DNA of 64,000 nt from Planctomycetota bacterium. GTDB taxonomy: Bacteria > Planctomycetota > PLA2 > JAEUHO01. Of the stretch, positions 54,101-61,124 are shown in pieces. The notes beneath the pieces are model-generated. The model ran no database searches. It saw nothing but the letters and a program-made list of their open reading frames with translations, and had not been told where the DNA came from. Where the stretch lies: NCBI GenBank assembly GCA_050248855.1, contig JBFWRP010000003.1, forward strand, positions 96,001 to 160,000, in the 5' to 3' direction. Positions within the stretch are counted from its first letter, which is position 1, and every line of letters starts with the position of its first letter. Made by a program: the position numbers and the translations under genes.

Positions 54101-55704
54101 GCACGACGCCGTTCATGTACCGCGCATACGTCGACAAGAACGGCGCGGGCTTCCAGCTTGCCTCGAGCACCAACCGGCGTGCACCGTACGGGGGCGCCCG
54201 GGCGCATCGACTGCGCTTCGGCACCGCGTACTACGGCTTGGCGGGCCTGGCCCAGTGGGGCAAGCACGAGGGCCCGAGCGGCAACCTCGAGCTGAGCGAT
54301 GACGGCAACCGGCTCGCTTACGGCGTGTCGGAAGCGGCCAACCTCAGCAGCGGGACCTACTACTCCACGTACCAAGTCTACTACAACCTCAACTGGCGCC
54401 TCGCCCGCATGAACGTGTGGGTCAGCTCGACGACCAACGGCTGGGCCTCGTACAGCGAGACCTCGCCGACGGCGACCTACTTCGGTGGATCGCACTACTG
54501 GCGGTTCGGCGGCCTGTCGTTCTCGCGCGACGGCGACCGGCTGTTCTTCTTCGGCGGGATCAGCCAGAAGGACGCGCAGAGCACCAGCGACACGTACGCG
54601 TACAGCACGGGCGTCTACAACGCGTCCGCGTGGGTGACCGGCACGTACTACATGTACGACTTCTCCAGCCCTGCGCAGGTGCGCTCGATCCTTCCGACGT
54701 CCGCGGGCGGCACGGGGTCGAACACCTACACGGGGTCGCAGCCCTTCAACCCGACCGCGGGCGCCCTCACGACCAACTGGGGCGTCGTGGCCCCGTACGG
54801 CGGCTTCTGGTCGCAGGACGGGCGCTTCCTGTACGTCAACACGGGTCACCCGATGACGTCGTCCGACGGCACGTGCCATCGCCTCATCGGCATCAACACG
54901 ACCGGAGCGGCGATCAACGGCAAGCAGGCCAACACGGGCTTCGAGGTGGGAAGCTGGCCGACCCAGCGAGGCCTCCTAAACAACTACTCGACGGGCGGGA
55001 TGTACTACGGCGGCATGCTGCCGTACCTGACGCCGGGTGGGTCGCACCAGCTGGCGCGCGTGAAGATGGCCGAGGACACCGGTGTGGTGTTCTTCGCCAG
55101 TCACAGCGGGCGCTACTCGGGTGCTCCGAGCACCAGCTACGGCGCCGTCCACACGCAGTACTACAGCAGCTCGTACTGCCTGGACGCCGGCCATGTGGAG
55201 TGCTTCGCCAGCAACGTGGGGGGGGACCTCCAACGCCTGACGCAGTTCTCCAACGACGGCACGCTCACCTCGCCCCGAGGCCGCGGCATCACCTTCATCG
55301 AGGTCACGGACGCAGGCGACCGCCTGGTCTTCATCTACAGCAACGGTGCATCGGGCGGCCCGAACGAGAACTACCGTTACGCCAGCAAGGAAGGTGTCTG
55401 CTACGTGTCCAACATCCAGCTGAACCCCGTCACGGGCCAGCTGGTCACCCGCACCCAGACCCTGCTCGAGGGCAACGAGGGCGGCGCCGGCCAGGTGGGC
55501 GGCTCGACCGGGCGCGCGGGCGGGTCCCTGGCGTTCGGCACGGACGGCCAGCGGGTGTTCTACTCCTTCGGCCCCAACGCCACGGACGAGAACCAGCGCA
55601 CCTTCGTCGGGCCCCGCGTCGACGGGGCCGGGCAGGTGGACGCAGCCACGACGACCCGCTACGGCACCGGGAACCGCGGCCTGATCCTGCACGCTGGCCG
55701 CTGA
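51124..55704 (+). CDS. Giant lipoprotein paralog 3, 1526 aa
   Basis: GAAGGAG RBS; lipobox LPAC-GGGG; most similar to paralog 2; ends ILHAGR. Confidence 0.88.
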   Translation: MDNRSRFGRMGWWSRAVGASVLVLTATVLPACGGGGSGGFQGSTPSLSLGSTLLPLLASGQPLAGDGYALPIQGGCGGPYTVRLISGQLPSGISIDDRQANIEGPGVPASHRHHLVGTALEDGSFSFRLEILDRGCKPSVSMAADFTWNVSQGGVTIVDATPPSIPVALYNDPFKYNDVDALDKTVYGDFTSITFVVAGGVGPYTCAIIDDPTDPDDDSGLPFGVVMPPASCSIVGSPQQVGDGGKPFRFTVRAMDSVGQTATRKFQWKIDTPPMIVGSADITDGTAGSPYGDAIQIVDGVPPFKFELTADLPTDLDNTSAAWVYNPPAAPTFPSLSGFTVAPTGEAANKLTAASYPAPAALGPYYPAPPEGLFIVEDGGQAGSLTGVPRRFGSFTINVHAYSATVPNERGQHAFAQFGFDIAPGVPLAMVDTFVVDGNGSNTFLAPTPDGVATLPEFEVLQPRTTQMVAEGGVPFDGYTDAPHASQRSIDFGEVAGTYDWSVSSWDSRGEGWHPGNVPPGRPTGINADITGRIFTTSGGVDLQRQGRQVIEVTVSDRRLPAPQTDVHEMALSVGPDVLIITESRQSCVITTGSTYDSTSHNDSMFIKRMQVVNNSAQVSPLDATDLATSHIVPAAANLNALTNPLGRLLSGVGKPTYTGTGRDGAGADILRVVVNATGWWDDSFQLNPRAARAFSHADADKCYLEYYGDYYTYGAQPDASAVALPDITDGAVVHQPGLGVYTNGGKLYAFENDSHFGVFIIREDGKIYVPFAMQKGTWQGFGDNITSTLQGTGAGAPTDSQMRTISFGISPNGRFGVMKIMASPTNYNETGSQSRVVLLDLAGDKAFSGDTYRLVAMPTTAGRIMADTLTLTNEYLYGILDRSNGGYPYGWLQNNVWRESILAGTGTASFAPGLPSNTASTYLSLPYHNSGTYTYLGGTWNGTTVYTTYYTYSGGDHKNMYEDGTAPIPFRVSADGTTCALMCGPYDGVVLGTTPFMYRAYVDKNGAGFQLASSTNRRAPYGGARAHRLRFGTAYYGLAGLAQWGKHEGPSGNLELSDDGNRLAYGVSEAANLSSGTYYSTYQVYYNLNWRLARMNVWVSSTTNGWASYSETSPTATYFGGSHYWRFGGLSFSRDGDRLFFFGGISQKDAQSTSDTYAYSTGVYNASAWVTGTYYMYDFSSPAQVRSILPTSAGGTGSNTYTGSQPFNPTAGALTTNWGVVAPYGGFWSQDGRFLYVNTGHPMTSSDGTCHRLIGINTTGAAINGKQANTGFEVGSWPTQRGLLNNYSTGGMYYGGMLPYLTPGGSHQLARVKMAEDTGVVFFASHSGRYSGAPSTSYGAVHTQYYSSSYCLDAGHVECFASNVGGDLQRLTQFSNDGTLTSPRGRGITFIEVTDAGDRLVFIYSNGASGGPNENYRYASKEGVCYVSNIQLNPVTGQLVTRTQTLLEGNEGGAGQVGGSTGRAGGSLAFGTDGQRVFYSFGPNATDENQRTFVGPRVDGAGQVDAATTTRYGTGNRGLILHAGR

Positions 55705-55733
55705 TCCAAGAGCCCCTACCGGGCCCCTCGCCC

Positions 55734-55773
55734 CGACCCCGGCCGGACCTCCGGCCGGGGTCGCTCACGTTTT
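55734..55773 (+). terminator. Terminator-like hairpin after paralog 3
   Basis: CGACCCCGGCCGGA/TCCGGCCGGGGTCG inverted repeat, then CTCACGTTTT. Confidence 0.7.
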
Positions 55774-55859
55774 GGCTCCGTGCGGATTCGCACGCGCTCG
55801 TGTCCCGATGGCTGTCCCAGGGGCGACGCTGGTAGCGCAGATACCGAGTAATGGGCTTG

Positions 55860-55892
55860 CTGGAAACTTGTGTGCCGTGGTACGTAGATTGC
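55860..55892 (+). promoter_or_regulatory. Conserved upstream box plus sigma54-type promoter of paralog 4
   Basis: CTGGAAAC-N9-GTGGTACG-TAGA-TTGC. Confidence 0.7.
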
Positions 55893-56177
55893 CTGCCGGA
55901 GGGGCATGGCGGGGGCGCCGTGCCCCCTGACCGTGCGCGGAGAGCACACCCGAATCCCGAGTGACGGTCCCCCGAGGGGCCGACGCCCGTTCCCGGTGAA
56001 AGCCGGGCGCCCGCACGCCCCCTCCCAGCCCGTCCGACCTCGGTCGGTGAGCATCGCTGGGAGGTGTGCGCGACGCAGGCGTCTGATGCAGCTGGCCCTG
56101 GGAGCGGTGTGTCCTGTCAGCGGGCTGACGGCCACGTGGCAACGTGATTTCCAATCGAAGCGAGTGAAGGAGTCGAC

Positions 56178-59100
56178 ATGAGCTACCTGAAGACGCCGTC
56201 CGGAGGCCGCCTGCGTGGCCGCCCCGCTGGAGGGATCGCAAGCGTCCTCTTGGTCGCGGCTGCCTTGGCCGTCGTGCCTGCCTGCGGTGGGGGGGGCAGC
56301 GGGTTCACCGCGTCGACTCCGACGCTGTCGTTGTCCAGCAGCCTGCTGCCCCTGCTGAACTCGGGCGAGGCCCTGTCCGGTGACGGGTATGCCTTGCCCA
56401 TCGAGGGTGGCTGCGGCGGCCCGTACACGATCCGGCTCATCGGTGGCTCGCTCCCCGACGGGATCGAGATCGACGACCGCCAGATGGACATCGACGGTCC
56501 GGGCAACCCGGCCGAGGACCGACACCACCTGGTGGGCACGGCCCTGGAAGACGGCGTCTTCAGCTTTCGGCTCGAGATCCTCGACCGCGGGTGCAAGCCC
56601 TCCGCGTCGATGACCGCCGACTTCACCTGGAGCGTGACGCAGGGCAGCGTGGTCATCGTGGACGCGAACCCGGCCTCGATCCCGGTCGGCCTCTACGACG
56701 ACCCGCAGAAGTACCTCGACGTCGACGCGCTGGACAAGACGGTCTACGGCGACTTCACGAGCATCACGTTCGTCATCGCCGGCGGCGTGGGCCCCTACAC
56801 CTGCGCGATCATCGACGACCCGGCCGACCCGGACGACGACAACGGCCTGCCCTTCGGCGTGGTGATGCCGCCGGCCTCGTGCAGCATCGTCGGCTCGCCC
56901 CAGCAGGTGGGCGACGGTGGCAAGCCGTTCCGCTTCACGGTCCTGGCCACGGACAGCGTGGGCAACGACGCCGTACGCAAGTTCCAGTGGAAGATCGATA
57001 CCCCGCCCATGATCGTGGGGTCCACGAGCATCACCGACGGCCTGGTCGGCGAGCTCTATGGCGATGCCATCCAGATCGTTGACGGCGTGCCGCCCTTCAA
57101 GTTCGAGATGACGGCCGATCTGCCGACGGACCTCGACAACACGAGTGCGGCGTGGGTCTACGCGCCGCCGGCGGCCCCGACGTTCCCGTCGCTCAGCGGC
57201 TTCACGGTGGCCCCCACGGGCGAGGCCAGCAACAAGCTGTCGGCCGCCGACTACCCGGCTCCGGCCGCGCTCGGCCCCTACTACCCGGCGCCGCCCGAGG
57301 GTCTGTTCATCACGGAGGACGGCGGTCAGGCGGGCAGCCTGTCGGGCTACCCCCGCCGCTACGGCTCCTTCACCATCAACATCCACGCCTACAGCGCGAC
57401 CGTGCCCAACGAGCGCGGTCAACACGCCTTCGCGCAGTTCGACTTCGACGTCGCCCCGGGCGCGCCCATGCAGATGGTGGACACCTTCGTGGTCGACGGC
57501 GACGGGAGCAACTCCTTCCTGGCCAACACCAAGGACGGGGCTGCGACCCTGCCGGAGTTCGAGGTGCTGCAGCCGCGCACCACGCAGATGGTGGCCATCG
57601 GCGGCGCCCCGTTCGACGGCTTCACGGATGCCCCGCACGCCAGCCAGCGCCTGCTGGACCTGGGCGAGGTGGCTGGCACGTACGAGTGGTCGGTCAGCGA
57701 CTGGGACCCGCGTGGCATCGGCTGGCATCCGGGCAACGTCCCGGCGGGCCGCCCGACCGGCATCGACGCGGACATCACCGGCCGCATCTTCACGACGAAC
57801 AGCGGTCTGGACCTCCAGCGCCAGGGTCGGCAGGTGATCGAGGTCACCGTGGCCGACCAGCGCCTGCCCGTGGCGGGCAACGACGTGCACGAGATCGCCC
57901 TGTCGATCGGGCCGGACGTGCTGATCATCGCGGAGAGCAATCAGTCGTCGACCTCGACGACCGGCAGCAACACCGACAGCACGCCGCACGGCGACTCGAT
58001 GTTCATCAAGAAGATGCAGATCGTGAACAACGTGGCCCAGCGCTCTCCGCTGGACGGAACCGACATGGCCGCCACGCACGTGGTACCGGCCATCGCCAAC
58101 CTCAACGCCCTGTCCAACCCGCTCGGGCGCCTGATCTCGGGCGTCGGCAAGGCGACGTACACGGGCACCGGCCGCAATGCCGGAGCCAGTGACCTGATCC
58201 GGGTCAACGTCAACGCCACGGGCTGGTGGAACGACAGCTGGCAGCTCAACCCCAAGGCCGCTCGCTCGTTCATGCACGGCGACGCCACCAAGCCCTACTA
58301 CGAGTACTACGCCAACGAGTACTACAACTACTCGGCCTGCCCGGAGACCACCGCGGTGGCGCTCCCGAACATCGTGGACGGCAGCGTGGCCCACGATCCC
58401 AGCGCGGGCGTCTACACGGATGGCGGCAAGCTGCACTTCTTCGAGAACGACACGCACTTCGGCGTGTTCATCATCCGCGACGATGCGCGCATCTACGTGC
58501 CGTTCGCCATGCAGAAGGGAACGTGGCAGGGCTTCGGCGACTACTGCCAGTCCCCGCTCAACGGCACCGGCGCCGGCGCGAGCAGCTCGAGCCACATGCG
58601 GATGGCGCACATGGCCGTCTCGCCCAACGGACGCTTCGCCGCGTTCAAGATCATGAGCAGCCCCACGTACCTGTACGAGACCACGGGAACGTCGCGCACG
58701 GTCCTGATCGACCTGGCGGGCGACAAGTCGCTGGGCGGTGACACCTACCGCATCGTCGGCACGTCGTACTCCTCGGGCTACCTGATGGCGGACGCCATCA
58801 CGCTGACCAACGAGTACCTGTACCTGCTCGTGCAGCGCAGCGGGCTCAACTACGAGTTCGCCTGGCGCCAGCACAACATCTACCGCGAGTCGATCCTGGG
58901 CGGCACGGGCACGGCCCAGTTCGCGCCGGGGCTGCCCAGCAACGGCACCTCGTCGTACCTGAGCCTGCCGTACCACAACACGCCAACCAGCTACTACTCG
59001 ACGTCGTTCAACGGCTCGACGGTGTACTACAACTACTACTTCTACATGGGCGGCTGTTCGACCAACCGCACGGAGAACGACTCCGCGCCGATCCCCTTCC

Positions 59101-60767
59101 GGGTCAGTGCCGACGGCAGCTCCTGCCTCTTGGCAGCGGGAGCGTACAACGGTTCCACGACCGGCTCGAGCGTGCACGAGTTCTACGCCTGGGTCGACAA
59201 GAACGGCCAGGGCTTCCGCGTCGCCAGCACGACCGATCGCAAGATGCCCTATGGCGGTTCCGAAGCGCACCAGGCGCGCTGGGGTGCCGCGTACTACGCG
59301 TACGCCGGCCACGCCCAGTGGGGCAAGTACGAGGGGCCCTCGGGCAACCTGGAGATCAGCGACGACGGCAACCGCATCGCCTACGGCTTCAGCGAGGTCA
59401 GCTCGTTCAGTGGCTCGTACTACTCGTCCTACCGGACGTACTACTACTCCTCGTGGAACACCACCGGTATGAACGTGATGTCGGCGACCACGTCCAACGA
59501 CTGGGCTACCTTCAGCGAAACGGCCATCACCGCGCCGTACTTCACGGGCAGCCACGTCTGGCGCTTCGGCGGCCTCGCGTTCTCGCGCGATGGCGACCGG
59601 CTCTTCTTCTTCGGCGGCAAGAGCCAGCTCGAAGCCCAAGGCACGACCGACTACTACTACTGGACCACGTCCAACTACCGTTGCTCGGCCTACGTGACGG
59701 GCACGTACTACATGTTCGACTTCACCAACGCCTCGCAGGTCCGCTCGATGTTCTCGTCGAGTGACGGCGGCAACGGTTCGAACACGTATACGGCCTCCCA
59801 GCCGTTCAACCCCACCAATGCGGCCCGGTCAACCGCTTGGGGCCTGATCGCCCCGCGCGGCGGGTTCTGGTCGGCCAACGGGGACTTCCTGTACATCTGC
59901 ACCGAGCACCCCTTCTCGTCGTCGGACCCGACGACGTTCCGGATGGTCGGCATCAACACCACGACGGCGACGGTCAACGGGCATGGCGCCAGCACGGGGT
60001 TCGCCATCGCCAACTGGCCGAACCGTCGCGGCTTCCTGACCGGCAACACGAACATCGTCGGCTACTACGGCGCCATGTACACCTACAACGGCCCGTACGG
60101 CGTACAGTCCCTGGCGCGGATCAAGATGGCGGAGGACACGGGTGTCGTGTTCTTCGGCAGCCACGGTCAGCGCTACACCTACAACACGAGCACGAGCTAT
60201 CCCAACGTGTACCAGGTGGCCTACGCCAGCAGCTATGCCCTGGATGCCGGGCACATCGAGTGCTTCTCGTCCAACGTGGGCGGGGCGTTGCAGCGACTGA
60301 CGCCGTTCACCAACGACGGGTCGATCACGTCGGCCCGTGGCCGCAACCTGCAGTTCATCGAGGTGAACGAGGCGGGCGATCGTCTGATCTTCCACTACAA
60401 CACCGGCAACACGGGCGGCACCAGCGAGTACCTCAACAACCTGAGCAAGGAGGGTGTGGGGTACATCTCCGACATCCAGCTCCATCCCATGACGGGCGCG
60501 CTCCTGAGCAGCTCGTTCGCGATGCTGGAAGGGACCACGGGTAGCCAGACGGGCCAGGTGGGCTCCAGCCAGGGCCGGGCCGGTGGCTCCGTGGCCTTCG
60601 GCACCGATGGCCAGCGCGTCTACTACTCGTTCGGGCCCAACGCCAGCAACGAGAACGCGCGCTTCGTCGTGGCCCCGCGCATCGACGGCGACGGCAACGT
60701 GGACGGGTCCACCACGACCCGCTTCGGCACCGGCTCGCGCGACGCAATCCTCCACGCCAGCCGCTAG
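56178..60767 (+). CDS. Giant lipoprotein paralog 4, 1529 aa
   Basis: GAAGGAG RBS; lipobox VPAC-GGGG; colinear with paralogs 1-3; ends ILHASR. Confidence 0.9.
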   Translation: MSYLKTPSGGRLRGRPAGGIASVLLVAAALAVVPACGGGGSGFTASTPTLSLSSSLLPLLNSGEALSGDGYALPIEGGCGGPYTIRLIGGSLPDGIEIDDRQMDIDGPGNPAEDRHHLVGTALEDGVFSFRLEILDRGCKPSASMTADFTWSVTQGSVVIVDANPASIPVGLYDDPQKYLDVDALDKTVYGDFTSITFVIAGGVGPYTCAIIDDPADPDDDNGLPFGVVMPPASCSIVGSPQQVGDGGKPFRFTVLATDSVGNDAVRKFQWKIDTPPMIVGSTSITDGLVGELYGDAIQIVDGVPPFKFEMTADLPTDLDNTSAAWVYAPPAAPTFPSLSGFTVAPTGEASNKLSAADYPAPAALGPYYPAPPEGLFITEDGGQAGSLSGYPRRYGSFTINIHAYSATVPNERGQHAFAQFDFDVAPGAPMQMVDTFVVDGDGSNSFLANTKDGAATLPEFEVLQPRTTQMVAIGGAPFDGFTDAPHASQRLLDLGEVAGTYEWSVSDWDPRGIGWHPGNVPAGRPTGIDADITGRIFTTNSGLDLQRQGRQVIEVTVADQRLPVAGNDVHEIALSIGPDVLIIAESNQSSTSTTGSNTDSTPHGDSMFIKKMQIVNNVAQRSPLDGTDMAATHVVPAIANLNALSNPLGRLISGVGKATYTGTGRNAGASDLIRVNVNATGWWNDSWQLNPKAARSFMHGDATKPYYEYYANEYYNYSACPETTAVALPNIVDGSVAHDPSAGVYTDGGKLHFFENDTHFGVFIIRDDARIYVPFAMQKGTWQGFGDYCQSPLNGTGAGASSSSHMRMAHMAVSPNGRFAAFKIMSSPTYLYETTGTSRTVLIDLAGDKSLGGDTYRIVGTSYSSGYLMADAITLTNEYLYLLVQRSGLNYEFAWRQHNIYRESILGGTGTAQFAPGLPSNGTSSYLSLPYHNTPTSYYSTSFNGSTVYYNYYFYMGGCSTNRTENDSAPIPFRVSADGSSCLLAAGAYNGSTTGSSVHEFYAWVDKNGQGFRVASTTDRKMPYGGSEAHQARWGAAYYAYAGHAQWGKYEGPSGNLEISDDGNRIAYGFSEVSSFSGSYYSSYRTYYYSSWNTTGMNVMSATTSNDWATFSETAITAPYFTGSHVWRFGGLAFSRDGDRLFFFGGKSQLEAQGTTDYYYWTTSNYRCSAYVTGTYYMFDFTNASQVRSMFSSSDGGNGSNTYTASQPFNPTNAARSTAWGLIAPRGGFWSANGDFLYICTEHPFSSSDPTTFRMVGINTTTATVNGHGASTGFAIANWPNRRGFLTGNTNIVGYYGAMYTYNGPYGVQSLARIKMAEDTGVVFFGSHGQRYTYNTSTSYPNVYQVAYASSYALDAGHIECFSSNVGGALQRLTPFTNDGSITSARGRNLQFIEVNEAGDRLIFHYNTGNTGGTSEYLNNLSKEGVGYISDIQLHPMTGALLSSSFAMLEGTTGSQTGQVGSSQGRAGGSVAFGTDGQRVYYSFGPNASNENARFVVAPRIDGDGNVDGSTTTRFGTGSRDAILHASR

Positions 60768-60797
60768 CCACCCCTGCCTTTCAGGCAGGCCTGACCG

Positions 60798-60837
60798 GCC
60801 CCGCCTTGGACCACCAGGGCGGGGCGGGTCTCGTTTT
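60798..60837 (+). terminator. Terminator-like hairpin after paralog 4
   Basis: GCCCCGCCTTGG-ACCA-CCAGGGCGGGGC, then GGGTCTCGTTTT. Confidence 0.65.
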
Positions 60838-60983
60838 GTCCCCCCATCAGTTCCTCGCCGAGGCGCGCCGGGACCGGGGCGAGCGGTTTCGCACGATTTG
60901 ACGGTCCCGGAGCACCGGATGGACGGGGCGATGGCACGCTCCGATGCCTGTATTGGCAAGAAAGTAGCCGATTTCAGGCACAT

Positions 60984-61016
60984 CTGGAAACCAAGTGATC
61001 GTGGTACGCTTGTTGC
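60984..61016 (+). promoter_or_regulatory. Conserved upstream box plus sigma54-type promoter of paralog 5
   Basis: CTGGAAAC-N9-GTGGTACG-CTTG-TTGC. Confidence 0.7.
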
Positions 61017-61124
61017 CAGATCAGGAGGCGTCGGGTGCGCAATCTCGCCCCGACTGCCTGTCCAAGCCTCGCCCGAGCCGGCACGCCAATCGGCGCGGGG
61101 CTTCAGCCCGGGAGGTCTTTCCAG

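Noticed and set aside
60932..60947. Second sigma54 site TGGCACGCTCCGATGC
   Set aside because: GG-to-GC spacing is 11, not the required 10.
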